Assembly (NCBI GenBank): GCA_020352495.1
Contig: CP070677.1
Coordinates: forward strand, 2,577,501 to 2,641,500
DNA length: 64,000 bases
Direction: 5' to 3'
DNA from: Candidatus Latescibacterota bacterium
Lineage (GTDB): Bacteria; Krumholzibacteriota; Krumholzibacteriia; WVZY01
Part shown: positions 39,282 through 48,912 of the stretch, piece by piece
Position numbering within the stretch: position 1 is the first letter of the stretch
Layout of the letters: each line of letters opens with the position of its first letter
Notes under the pieces: model-generated
The model's input: only the letters and a program-made list of their open reading frames with translations
Told to the model about the DNA's origin: nothing
Database searches by the model: none
Position numbers and translations under genes: made by a program

Positions 39282-39808
39282 CGACACACTTTTTCCGGAT
39301 CACTGGAGCGAAAAACAGTGGTAAAACCACACTCATTGTGAAGTTGACGGAGGAACTGATTGGCAGGGGATACCGCGTCGGCACAATGAAACACAGCTCA
39401 CACGATCACGAGTTCGACCGGTCGGGATCGGATTCTCATCATCACTCCGTGGCTGGAAGCAGCGCGACAATCATCCTCTCCCCCAACAAGCTCGTTTGCC
39501 ACACAAAACGCCCGCCCAGCGAAGAACTCTTTGCGATCATCCGGCAAGCCTACCACGACATCGACATTGTGTTGTGTGAGGGTTTCGCGAGATTCCCGGT
39601 TGCTCCTCAACCGACACCGATGATCGAATGCGTGGCTGCCGGTGAAGATCCCCTCTTCACTGGTGATCCGGACCTGGTGGCCGTCGTGGCGGACAAAACA
39701 CTCCCCGTCGATGTTCCGCTGTTTCCGCACTCCGCGACCACCGAACTGGCGACTTGGTTGGAGAAGACTTTTCACCTCGCGCCCGACACAAACACCGGTT
39801 CGCCATAG
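39278..39808 (+). CDS. mobB: Molybdopterin-guanine dinucleotide biosynthesis protein B
   Basis: ITGAKNSGKTTL, GYRVGTMKH..H.FD..GSDS, DIVLCEGF; ATGA overlap with mobA. Confidence 0.9.
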   Translation: MTTHFFRITGAKNSGKTTLIVKLTEELIGRGYRVGTMKHSSHDHEFDRSGSDSHHHSVAGSSATIILSPNKLVCHTKRPPSEELFAIIRQAYHDIDIVLCEGFARFPVAPQPTPMIECVAAGEDPLFTGDPDLVAVVADKTLPVDVPLFPHSATTELATWLEKTFHLAPDTNTGSP

Positions 39809-39829
39809 CCGGCCGAAAGGCAACTGTCC

Positions 39830-41050
39830 ATGGACGAGATGAAAGACAGCCCACACACTCGTACGCCACAATCCGCCCCCTCTCACGAGGCGGCGTCGGA
39901 ACGAGTCCCGACAACGATCAGACAGAACATCCGTCAAATGCGGTTCAATCTTGCGGAACTCTCAGGCTCAATGGGTGACCTGGGGACGTTTCTCCCGCTG
40001 GTCGCCGGGATGGCGTTTGTTTGTGAAATGGACCTCGGGGTCATTCTGATTCTTGCCGGTATTGCCAACATAACCGTTGGAATCGTCTTTGGCATGCCGG
40101 TGCCCGTACAGCCGATGAAGGCGATCGCCGCTGTCGCGGTTGCCGAATCGCTTCTCCCCGACCAAATAGCAGCCGCCGGTCTAATCGTCGGGGCGGTCAT
40201 GTTGGCTCTCGGAGCGACACGGATCGTCCAATATGTTGAAAAAGTCATCCCGCTCCCCGTGGTAAGAGGGATACAGCTGGGTGTCGGACTCAAGCTAATG
40301 TTGCAGGCCGTACGTCTCGTGGCCGAGACCTCTTGGATCGGTCTGGACAGCGTGGCGGTCGGTCTTGGCGCCGCCTGTCTCATTGTGTTTGTGAACCGGT
40401 GGAAAAGATCTCCCGGTGCGCTCGTTCTGTTTGCCGCAGGTGTCGTCGTCGCCCTGTTGGAGACCCCGGCGCTTACACGATCCCTCTCGATCGGGGCACC
40501 AGAGTTTGTTTTCATCCTTCCGTCGGCGCGCTCCTGGTTCGACGGTTTTGTTCATGGCGCGGTTCCCCAGCTCCCTCTCACCGTGCTCAATTCCGTAATT
40601 GCCGTCTGCGCGTTAAGCGGTGATCTATTTCCCGGACGCCGCATACCGGCACCCACGATGGCCTCGTCCGTTGGACTCATGAATTTGCTCACATGTTGGT
40701 TTGGGGCCGTCCCCATGTGTCACGGATCGGGCGGACTTGCCGGGCAGTACTACTTTGGCGCCAGGAGCGGTGGCTCCATGGTGATGTTGGGAATCATCAA
40801 TCTCACCGTTGGACTCGTTCTTGGAGCCGCAGCAGCAGCCATCATCCACGCTTACCCCCGGTCGTTTCTTGGGGTGATGCTCTTTTTCGCCGGATTTGAG
40901 CTGGCCAAACCGGCGCGCGATCAGAGGGGTGGACGAGAGATATCGATCACAATAGTCACCGCGGCGCTGATCGTCGGTATCAATACGCTCGTCGGATTCG
41001 CGACCGGGATGGCACTGGCAGCCGTGTTGTCGCTCAGACGTACTCGCTAG
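39830..41050 (+). CDS. MOT1-family molybdate transporter
   Basis: ELSGSMGDLGTFLP, PVPVQPMKAIAAVA, PMCHGSGGLAGQY.FGARSG; located in the Moco cluster (start may be ATG 39938). Confidence 0.88.
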   Translation: MDEMKDSPHTRTPQSAPSHEAASERVPTTIRQNIRQMRFNLAELSGSMGDLGTFLPLVAGMAFVCEMDLGVILILAGIANITVGIVFGMPVPVQPMKAIAAVAVAESLLPDQIAAAGLIVGAVMLALGATRIVQYVEKVIPLPVVRGIQLGVGLKLMLQAVRLVAETSWIGLDSVAVGLGAACLIVFVNRWKRSPGALVLFAAGVVVALLETPALTRSLSIGAPEFVFILPSARSWFDGFVHGAVPQLPLTVLNSVIAVCALSGDLFPGRRIPAPTMASSVGLMNLLTCWFGAVPMCHGSGGLAGQYYFGARSGGSMVMLGIINLTVGLVLGAAAAAIIHAYPRSFLGVMLFFAGFELAKPARDQRGGREISITIVTAALIVGINTLVGFATGMALAAVLSLRRTR

Positions 41051-41279
41051 ACGGATTCGACTCTCCAAACCCCATGTAGGCGTAGGATATCGCCCAAAAT
41101 GATGCACGACTGACGCCTACGAACACTCCCCGGCGCCAATCGTAGGCGGGTAGGACGAGGAGCCGACACCCGCATGGAATCGCAACAAACCCACCCAGGC
41201 ACCCCGGATCGTCCGCCAAGACGGGCGGGCCCCCATCTTCTCCACGACCGATTTGACCCATACGGGCGGGCATTAACGC

Positions 41280-41313
41280 TTGAAAATAATAAGCTATTGT
41301 GATAAAATAGCTT
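41280..41313 (+). promoter_or_regulatory. Sigma70 promoter overlapped by an inverted repeat (candidate operator)
   Basis: TTGAAA-17 nt-TAAAAT with TG extension; AAGCTATT(41291-41298)/AATAGCTT(41306-41313). Confidence 0.6.
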
Positions 41314-41346
41314 TCAAGGCATTGGGAAAAAACTAGGGAGAGACAC

Positions 41347-42282
41347 GTGGCTTCTGCGGCCCTTTTGAGAAGAATCGGGTGTGCAGCCCTATTTCTCTTC
41401 CTGGCGTCACCTGTGTCGGCGCAGCTTGAGGACCAGTTATCATCATACACAGGTCGGAATGCCTCTGGTTATCTCGAGCCCTTGGTGGATGCGTTCGCCG
41501 CAGATCTAAACGCCGGGCTCTACCATTCTGCGCACATTTCAAGGGGGGGGCTTCAGGCAAGTATAGAGATCCTGTTCATGTCCGTGTTTTTCACGGACGA
41601 AGACAGAACGTTTACGGCCACAACCGAGGGTGGTTTTCAACCGCCCCAACAAACGTATGCTCCGACGGTCGTCGGAGCCAAGAAAGCCGTATACGTCGAC
41701 GGCGTTGCCGGGACGAAGTTTGCGTTTCCAGGAGGATTCGATCTCAATTCGTTTTCTTTTGCCGTGCCGCAGCTTCGTGTGGGCTCTCTTTACGGAACTG
41801 AAGCGCTCATCCGGTTCGGACTGTATTACACCGGAAACGCGGACGTCGAGACCCCGATGCTTTATGGGTTTGGTCTTCGACACAGCGTTTCACAGTATAT
41901 ACGACAGCACGTGAGCGATCGCTTCCCCGTCCGTTTGGCTGTCGGGGCGTTCTGGCAGCGTTTTTCGATGGGGGAAAACGAAAGGGGTGATGATTTACTA
42001 GTAGCTGACGCGTTATCCGTGGGACTCCACATGAGTAAGCGATTTACGAGATTGGAGCCTTACGCGGGTGTATCCTACGAGACCTTCTCAACCGAAGTGT
42101 CATACCTGGGAGAATCGCCCGATGATGAAATCAATCTTACGCTCGAGTCAGAGGACCATGTCCGTCTCACACTCGGGTTATCATACAACATCGCTTTCGT
42201 GGTCGCGCACGGGGAGTACAACATTGGTGGCCAGAACGCTTTCGCATTGGGGCTGGCCTTGCAACATCGTCCGTCAGAATAG
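41347..42282 (+). CDS. Probable outer-membrane beta-barrel protein (DUF6588-like)
   Basis: Signal peptide ending VSA-Q; GYLEPL..AF.ADLNAGLYHSA, AVPQLRVGS.YGTE..IRF, GFGLRHSVSQY; amphipathic C-terminal strands. Confidence 0.7.
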   Translation: MASAALLRRIGCAALFLFLASPVSAQLEDQLSSYTGRNASGYLEPLVDAFAADLNAGLYHSAHISRGGLQASIEILFMSVFFTDEDRTFTATTEGGFQPPQQTYAPTVVGAKKAVYVDGVAGTKFAFPGGFDLNSFSFAVPQLRVGSLYGTEALIRFGLYYTGNADVETPMLYGFGLRHSVSQYIRQHVSDRFPVRLAVGAFWQRFSMGENERGDDLLVADALSVGLHMSKRFTRLEPYAGVSYETFSTEVSYLGESPDDEINLTLESEDHVRLTLGLSYNIAFVVAHGEYNIGGQNAFALGLALQHRPSE

Positions 42283-42294
42283 GAGTGTGACAGT

Positions 42295-42915
42295 ATGAGG
42301 GTCGCAAAAATAGTCATGTTGCCAGTCGTTTGCATGCTCATTTTCGCAAGCGGCTGCGTTTATGACGAGCTGGCAAGTGAGGTTGTCGTCACTGAGAAGG
42401 TTGTTGTTCAATTCAAGGAGCACCGGGTGAGTCCGGACATCAATAGTGCGGTGGTGTGCGATCGTTTTCGGCAGCGGCTGCTTGGAATTCTCGATGATCA
42501 TGGTGCCACGCTCGACGATATCGTGAGCATCACGATGGTGAGCGGCCAATACAAAGTCGCCAAGCCCGCGAAGGATAAGTCCATCGACTGGACGGTCGCG
42601 GGTGACGTCACCGTCGCGCGTCAGGATGACCCGAGCGGTCCCGTCACCGAGGGTCCGGAAACGTTTGTGAACTTTACCACTCAGCCGCTACAACCGGCCA
42701 AGAGCACACCGATCTATGCGGATCTGAATTCAGCCGGTGTGACAGTGATCAACAACGCGCTGGAGGATCTTCGCAACGGTGGGGATCCCCGTCTTGTCCT
42801 CAACATGGGGAGTGACAATATCACACCCGCTCCGAGCCCATCGAACCCGCTCGATTTTAGTTGGCTCGCGATGGTGACGTTCCAGGTCGTCATTGACATG
42901 GACAAGACAGAATAG
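42295..42915 (+). CDS. Lipoprotein of unknown function (paralog A)
   Basis: AGGAG RBS; lipobox FASGC; paralogous to the next gene. Confidence 0.82.
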   Translation: MRVAKIVMLPVVCMLIFASGCVYDELASEVVVTEKVVVQFKEHRVSPDINSAVVCDRFRQRLLGILDDHGATLDDIVSITMVSGQYKVAKPAKDKSIDWTVAGDVTVARQDDPSGPVTEGPETFVNFTTQPLQPAKSTPIYADLNSAGVTVINNALEDLRNGGDPRLVLNMGSDNITPAPSPSNPLDFSWLAMVTFQVVIDMDKTE

Positions 42916-43014
42916 AAAATAGCCGTGCTCTAAATTGGGTAACCTGACAACTTAGGCAGGGGGCGCGTGTCTTAGCGGCCCCCTCTGCATCACTGGAACC
43001 AGGAGCGTATACCC

Positions 43015-43638
43015 ATGAAGACACATGTCATGCGACTTGTCGTTCTTCCGGTCTTCTGCCTGCTCACTCTCGCCGGGGGTTGTGTATACGACGACTTAAC
43101 GAGCGAGATGGTGGTCACCGAAAAGATCTGTGTAACCCTTGACGAGTACCGCGAAAGCGGGACCCTCGGGAGTGCAGTCGTTTGTGACCAGATTGCCGAT
43201 CGCGTCTACAAGCTGCTCGATAAACACAATTCCAAGGTAAAGGATATCAAGAGCATCGGCGTGATCAGCGGAACTTATCGGGCGGCCCGGCCGTCGCAGG
43301 CCGACCACGATTGGACGATTACATCCGAAGTCACGATAAAGAGGCAGGACAACCCGGCCGGACCGGTCACCGATGGCCCTGAGACGTTTGTCAATTTGAC
43401 GAGCCAATCGCTTCGCGCGGCGCAGGGCGGGCCCATTTACGCCGATCTAAACTCCGACGGCGTCGGCCTCATTGCGAGAGCGTTGGGCGATTTGTTGCTC
43501 GGTGAGGATCCTCGTCTCATCGTCACGATGGAAGGGGGCACGATCGATCCGGAACCCACGCCGGCGGATCCGCTGTCGTTTAGCTGGCGTGTCTGCGTGA
43601 CGTTTCAGGTGGTCATTGAGAAGCACCTGAACAAATAA
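43015..43638 (+). CDS. Lipoprotein of unknown function (paralog B)
   Basis: AGGAG RBS; lipobox AGGC; shares CVYD.L.SE.VVTEK, SAVVCD, RQD.P.GPVT.GPETFVN, PIYADLNS.GV, DPRL and FSW...VTFQVVI with paralog A. Confidence 0.82.
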   Translation: MKTHVMRLVVLPVFCLLTLAGGCVYDDLTSEMVVTEKICVTLDEYRESGTLGSAVVCDQIADRVYKLLDKHNSKVKDIKSIGVISGTYRAARPSQADHDWTITSEVTIKRQDNPAGPVTDGPETFVNLTSQSLRAAQGGPIYADLNSDGVGLIARALGDLLLGEDPRLIVTMEGGTIDPEPTPADPLSFSWRVCVTFQVVIEKHLNK

Positions 43639-43734
43639 ACCCGAGTCCGTACGGTCTTAGCACACAATCGCCACAACAACGACCCCAACACGCCGTGATT
43701 TGTGGGGAGGGGTGTTGTGTGGCGTTTCGTGTTT

Positions 43735-45123
43735 TTACTCCGTGACACGTCGTGCACTCTGTCCGGTCGGATCCAGCCCAGCAATTGCCATGGCCAGATC
43801 GTTGGACATTTGCCCGCGTGGTGTTGGGATCTCCATGTCCATGTAGTATTCGCACCGGTCGATCAACTCTCCCACCGCAGCACCCACCACCGCGTAGACA
43901 AAGAATCTCTCAAATTCGAATGCCACGACGGCGGTCGGGACGACCAGGCCTATGAAGACCCGTGTGAGAGACAGGGCCCATCTCGGGTTCCCGCGGTGCG
44001 TTCTCAGATGATGCTTCCCAATCGCGTACAAAATGAGTCTGAGCACGGCGAGCGTAACGACCGTGGGGACATCCCTCGCAATGAGACCGGCGACAAACAA
44101 ACCGACGAGAACCACCTGACCACTGTGCTGGTTCAGCCCCCTCGCCCCGGTCACACCATACAACCGGTCCATGGCGAACAACGCGGCAAAGCCGATCCCG
44201 GCACACATCCAACCCACCGAGCTCAGGTGGGGCACCCCGATCAGGTAAAGCGTGGCCGCTGCCAAAAACAAAGGAAACAGGATGACTTCGCGGCTAAGCC
44301 ATGACTGCCTCCAGTTGAGCATCGCCCGGTGGGCGCGTCTCTTCCTTCCAATGTGGAGCGTGCTGAGCAGGAAGCCAGCGACTCCGGCTGTCAAAAACAG
44401 GGCGGGGTCGATCCTCACCGTTGAGACAACTGTCGCTGTCAGGTATCCGGTCATCCACGCAGCAATCAGTGTGAAAACGACCAAGCTCCATTCGTTGCTC
44501 AGCGAAATCTTCCTGTCACGAGTGGTTTTCCGGTCGTCCCCGACCGAAACGGACAAACCCGTCCCCCCACTGCCACTGGCCCTTGGGAACGATCGTTCCT
44601 CCCGCAAATCCACAAACTGGATCGCCGGTTTGGCACCGCTGTCGGGAAATCCGAGAGTATTGCGGTTCCCGTCTTGCAGATTGTCGTCAGCGATCCCCAA
44701 CGCCCCCGTCGGGCAGAGCGACACGCACACGGGGTCCTCCCCTACGCTCAGGCGGTGTTCGCAGAACGTGCACTTCTCCATCACTTCCGCCACAGGATCG
44801 AACTGCGGCGCGTCGTATGGACACACCCACGAACAGTATTTGCAGCCGATACAGAGTTCTTTGTCTATTGTGACCGCACCGGTCACGGGATCCTTCGAGT
44901 ATGCCAGCGCCGGGCAGTACTTCATACATGGCGGGTCCAGGCAGTGGTAACACGCCCGCGAGTGATGAAATACGGGTATCCCTGGAATCCGTGCGGCGTT
45001 GAACGTGTTTATCCGCCGCCACGCCATCCCGATCGGGAGCTCGTTCTCGATGGCGCACGCTATCTGACAAGCCGAGCAGCCCGTGCATTTGTTTACGTCG
45101 AACAAAAATCCCTTCTGCATCAC
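43735..45123 (-). CDS. Fused DmsB-like 4Fe-4S subunit and DmsC/YnfH-like membrane anchor
   Basis: CTGCSACQIAC, CYHCLDPPC...CP, CIGCKYC...CPY, KCTFC...C...CP; then EWSLVVFT, STLHIGR, SWLSRE, ELIDR. Confidence 0.9.
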   Translation of the reverse strand: MMQKGFLFDVNKCTGCSACQIACAIENELPIGMAWRRINTFNAARIPGIPVFHHSRACYHCLDPPCMKYCPALAYSKDPVTGAVTIDKELCIGCKYCSWVCPYDAPQFDPVAEVMEKCTFCEHRLSVGEDPVCVSLCPTGALGIADDNLQDGNRNTLGFPDSGAKPAIQFVDLREERSFPRASGSGGTGLSVSVGDDRKTTRDRKISLSNEWSLVVFTLIAAWMTGYLTATVVSTVRIDPALFLTAGVAGFLLSTLHIGRKRRAHRAMLNWRQSWLSREVILFPLFLAAATLYLIGVPHLSSVGWMCAGIGFAALFAMDRLYGVTGARGLNQHSGQVVLVGLFVAGLIARDVPTVVTLAVLRLILYAIGKHHLRTHRGNPRWALSLTRVFIGLVVPTAVVAFEFERFFVYAVVGAAVGELIDRCEYYMDMEIPTPRGQMSNDLAMAIAGLDPTGQSARRVTE

Positions 45124-47180
45124 CGCGCTCTTTCGACCTCCACAAGGGCGTCATGAAACGCCGCGCCATGCGCCATATCCGTCTCGCGCCCCAGGGAACA
45201 GATATTGACCGTTCCGCCTTCCGAGATCCACCAGCCGTTGGTGACCGAGACACATCCCCTCTTGATGCTATAGTCGTAACGTGCCTCGAGCTCGATCGAT
45301 CCCCGTTCGTTGAACACCCGCACCATTGTCCGATCCGTTATCCCTCTACTCCTGGCGTCCTCGGGGTGTATCTCGACAAAAGGGGCAGGACTGAGATCAC
45401 GAATCATATCCAGATTATTGAACTGTGAGTGGATCCTGTCTTTCGTGTTTGGCGTGAGAAAATAAAGCGGATATTTTCCCGACTCCGGTGTTTTTTGCCG
45501 GATCGACTCCTCTGGCTCCACGTACGTCGGGAGCGGATCGACGCCCCACCAATCTTTCGCCTGTTGTGACACCAGTTCGATCTTTCCCGATGGTGTCTGG
45601 AACACCATGTCCGAGAACGCCACCTCCTCTTGCCCTGGCGCCAATACCGGTCCCTCTCTCAGCCGCTCGATTGAAAGTTCGGGAAACGGCTCGAGCTTTT
45701 TTTTAAGAAAAGCCTCGACGTCGGCATCCGTCGGGCCTGGGATACACTCCTCTATTATATCCTTTTCCGGAATGCCAAGACGCTGGGCCAGCCTGAAATA
45801 CATCTCGGACTCGGGTTTCACATTACCGGGTGGGTCCATCACCTTCTGTTTGAGCTGAATGTACGTGTGCCAATAGGCGTTGATCACATCCGTCTGTTCG
45901 AACATCGTTTTGGCAGGAAGAACGATGTCGGCTTCTCGCGCCGTGTCGGTCAAAAACTGTTCAACAACGACGCGAAAATCCAGCGACCGAAATGCCTCGA
46001 GCACCGTGTCGGTCTCCGGATTCTGTGTGACCGGATTTCCACGTTCGACCCACACCATCTTGAGCGGTGGATCATCGGTTTCGATCATGTCCCGCCCGAG
46101 TTTGGCTGTCGATACTGATACTCGAACGACACCATCCGGTTCTTTCGGGGGATAAAAGGCGATCGGGTCTTTCACCTTGTCGAATATATGGCTCTGGAGA
46201 TTGGCAAAGATCCATCCCGCTCCGGGTTTGCCGATGTTTCCCGTAATTGCCAGAAGCGCAAGGATCGCCCGCATCGTCTGCCCACTATTCGTGTAACGCT
46301 GCATCCCGAACCCCGCGTTGATCGTCACGGGTTTTACCTCTCCAATCAAACCGGCGATTTCGTGGATGTAACCGACGGGAACGTCGGAGATCTGCGAGGC
46401 CCTCTCCGGTGTCATCCCTTCGACCATCTCGGCAAACTCGGAGAACCCATGAACGTGGGCGTCGATGAACTCACCGTCGAGTTTGTCGTTTCGGATCAGA
46501 AGATGGGCGATGGCCAATGCCACTGCCCCGTCCGATCCCGGTCTAGGTTGTATGAGGAGCTGCGCCCGCTCGGATGATTCGGTTCGTCGTGGATCGATGA
46601 CGATCAACTTCGCCCCTCCATCGAGCGCCTCGTTGATAAAGGGCATCTGATGAATGTTTGTCTCAGCGGCGTTCTTCCCCCAGAGAACGATCAGCTTGGC
46701 CTTCGCGATATCCCATGGGGCGTTGTGCTTGTTCTCACCAAGCGTAAGCCTCGTCGCTTCGAGACCGGCCGACCAACACAGATCACCAAATGTCGTTGTG
46801 CATCCCCCGTAGAGCTTCCAGAACGCCGTCCCTACGATGTTCAACAACCCTTTTGTCCCGCTTCCGTTGTAATAAAAGACGCTCTGTGGCCCAAACGCGG
46901 CCCGGTAATGCCTGAGACGTTCCGCGATCGTCTCCAACGCCACATCCCATGAGATCGGCTCGAATTCGCCGCTCCAGCCAATTTTTCTCAGTGGATCGAG
47001 GATACGGTGTGGAGAGTGAACGCGCTCGATGTAACTGAGCCCCTTGAGACAGGGGCCTTCGCGTGTGGCTTGGTTTCCGGGATGGGATTCGATCCTTTTG
47101 AGGCGGTTGTTCTCCACGTACACCTTCATCGTGCACGTGCTGTAACAGTTGCGCGGACACCCCGTCGTATACACTTTCAT
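45120..47180 (-). CDS. Molybdopterin-dependent oxidoreductase catalytic subunit (no Tat signal)
   Basis: CPRNCYSTC...CLKG, LCWSAG, IDPRRT, ADIVLPA, TPSGKIEL, IHSQF, VEIHPEDA..RGI. Confidence 0.92.
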   Translation of the reverse strand: MKVYTTGCPRNCYSTCTMKVYVENNRLKRIESHPGNQATREGPCLKGLSYIERVHSPHRILDPLRKIGWSGEFEPISWDVALETIAERLRHYRAAFGPQSVFYYNGSGTKGLLNIVGTAFWKLYGGCTTTFGDLCWSAGLEATRLTLGENKHNAPWDIAKAKLIVLWGKNAAETNIHQMPFINEALDGGAKLIVIDPRRTESSERAQLLIQPRPGSDGAVALAIAHLLIRNDKLDGEFIDAHVHGFSEFAEMVEGMTPERASQISDVPVGYIHEIAGLIGEVKPVTINAGFGMQRYTNSGQTMRAILALLAITGNIGKPGAGWIFANLQSHIFDKVKDPIAFYPPKEPDGVVRVSVSTAKLGRDMIETDDPPLKMVWVERGNPVTQNPETDTVLEAFRSLDFRVVVEQFLTDTAREADIVLPAKTMFEQTDVINAYWHTYIQLKQKVMDPPGNVKPESEMYFRLAQRLGIPEKDIIEECIPGPTDADVEAFLKKKLEPFPELSIERLREGPVLAPGQEEVAFSDMVFQTPSGKIELVSQQAKDWWGVDPLPTYVEPEESIRQKTPESGKYPLYFLTPNTKDRIHSQFNNLDMIRDLSPAPFVEIHPEDARSRGITDRTMVRVFNERGSIELEARYDYSIKRGCVSVTNGWWISEGGTVNICSLGRETDMAHGAAFHDALVEVERAR

Positions 47181-47201
47181 GCTCGCTGATGCTCCCGGTG
47201 T

Positions 47202-48131
47202 CTATCCCACGGAAAAGCTAATCGAGCCGAGTGCCCGTTCGAGCCTTTGGATCTGTTCACGGTCCAGTGGTGAAATTGGTGGCCGGACATTGCGCCAACC
47301 ATCACTTCCAGTGTGTTCCGCCATTACGTGCTTGAGCGCTGCAATCAACGGGAATTCGTCAAATGTCTGTCGGATCAGAGTTAGTCTTTGTTGAAGTTCG
47401 CGGACGTCGTCCGTTTGCCACCGGTTGTGAATCTCCGCAGCCAGACGACTCGTAACATTGATCGTTGCCGAAATGCACCCTGCCCCGCCCATCTCCAAGA
47501 GATCGAGAAGAAAAATCTCCGTCCCGGGAAACACCCGCAGACCGGGAAATGATTGACGGATCATTTTCATATGTCCGAAATCACCACCCGAGTCCTTGAT
47601 TCCCACGATGGTATCGGGATATGCCGTCGTCAGCCTCGAGATCAAATCGCGGTCCAACGGCACCCCGGTCATCTGAGGAAAATGATACAGATACATCTCC
47701 AGACGAGTATCACTCAACTGTTGTACAACTCGGGCATACGCGTCGTAAACACCGTTGTCGTCCACACCCTTGTAATAAAAGGGAGGTAACACGAGGACGC
47801 CACCTACGCCGAGATCCATCGCGTGCCTCGTCAGCAACACCGTATCGGGAAGTGCGCAACACCCCGTTCCCACGAGCAGTCTATTCGCGGGGATTCTATT
47901 TTTAACGAGGGTCTCCAACGCATCCATTCGCTCCTTGGCCGAAAATGACGTCGCCTCCCCAGTCGTTCCAAATACCGCGATACCGTCGCATCCATTACCA
48001 AGAAGCCACCCACAGTGATCCGCCAACGCGACGTGATCGACGGCGAGGTCCTTGGTTTCTGGTGTCAGGGTCGCTGCAAAAATTCCTGTCGGCAGCGTAC
48101 CTCTCTGCCCTTCCTGCTTTTCTACCATCAT
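47202..48131 (-). CDS. Dihydrodipicolinate synthase/NAL-family aldolase or dehydratase
   Basis: GTTGE, LPPFYY, YLYHFPQMTG, GIKDSGG (Schiff-base Lys). Confidence 0.9.
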   Translation of the reverse strand: MMVEKQEGQRGTLPTGIFAATLTPETKDLAVDHVALADHCGWLLGNGCDGIAVFGTTGEATSFSAKERMDALETLVKNRIPANRLLVGTGCCALPDTVLLTRHAMDLGVGGVLVLPPFYYKGVDDNGVYDAYARVVQQLSDTRLEMYLYHFPQMTGVPLDRDLISRLTTAYPDTIVGIKDSGGDFGHMKMIRQSFPGLRVFPGTEIFLLDLLEMGGAGCISATINVTSRLAAEIHNRWQTDDVRELQQRLTLIRQTFDEFPLIAALKHVMAEHTGSDGWRNVRPPISPLDREQIQRLERALGSISFSVG

Positions 48132-48248
48132 CGAATCTCTCCTGCTTGTAGCTCTTGGATATGATTTCCGCGAGTTTTTCCAGACCGATTCATCCTATGT
48201 TTTGGCCACACCACAAATCCCCGAAGCGGCTCTCGTGGGGCGGCAACT

Positions 48249-48752
48249 CTACTTGGGATACTCTTGCACCTCGTCGTACATGTAGTCCACCTCGATCCCC
48301 GCCTCCCGGAGCATCTCCTCCGACTCTTCGGCGTTGTGGTATCTCCGCTCACAGACGACCCGCTCGATGCCGCAGTTGATCAGGAGCATCGTACACGTCC
48401 GGCACGGTGTCATCCTTGTGTAAATCGTCGCCCCCGCTATCGAGACGCCGATCCTCGCCGCCTGGCATATCGCGTTCTGTTCGGCGTGTACAGTCCTCAT
48501 ACAGTGTTCCGTTATCTCACCGTTCTCGTGAGTCACTTTCTTGATCTGGTGACCCACCTCGTCACAGTGTGAAAACCCGGTCGGCGAACCTACATACCCC
48601 GACACGATGAGTTGTTTGTCTCGGGCGATCACGCAGCCACTCTTTCCGCGGTCGCAAGTGGCCCGCTTGGAGATCGCGTTCGCCACCTCCATAAAGTAAT
48701 CGTCCCACGAAGGCCGACCGCTCTTTTTTTCACGTTCTTTTCTGTTTGCCAT
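48249..48752 (-). CDS. dCMP deaminase (ComEB-like)
   Basis: RPSWDDYFM, RATCDR, HAEQNAI, PCRTC zinc motifs; GGAGG RBS. Confidence 0.92.
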   Translation of the reverse strand: MANRKEREKKSGRPSWDDYFMEVANAISKRATCDRGKSGCVIARDKQLIVSGYVGSPTGFSHCDEVGHQIKKVTHENGEITEHCMRTVHAEQNAICQAARIGVSIAGATIYTRMTPCRTCTMLLINCGIERVVCERRYHNAEESEEMLREAGIEVDYMYDEVQEYPK

Positions 48753-48912
48753 TAGTGAGACCTCCGACTGATTATTCACAGGCAGCCGAGTAACGAAGCT
48801 CGGCGTCTTGGTGAACCACTCCGGACAATAACTCGTCGCCGCCGAAAAGACACCCAACAGGACGCGGAATCGTATCTGAACCCGGTCAAATCAAACACCG
48901 TCGGCAGAGCGG

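Noticed and set aside
41076..41156. GTAGGCG/CGCCTAC alternating repeats resembling GTAG-type REP elements
   Set aside because: Only 7-9 bp long, no other copies noticed in the window, and no RAYT gene
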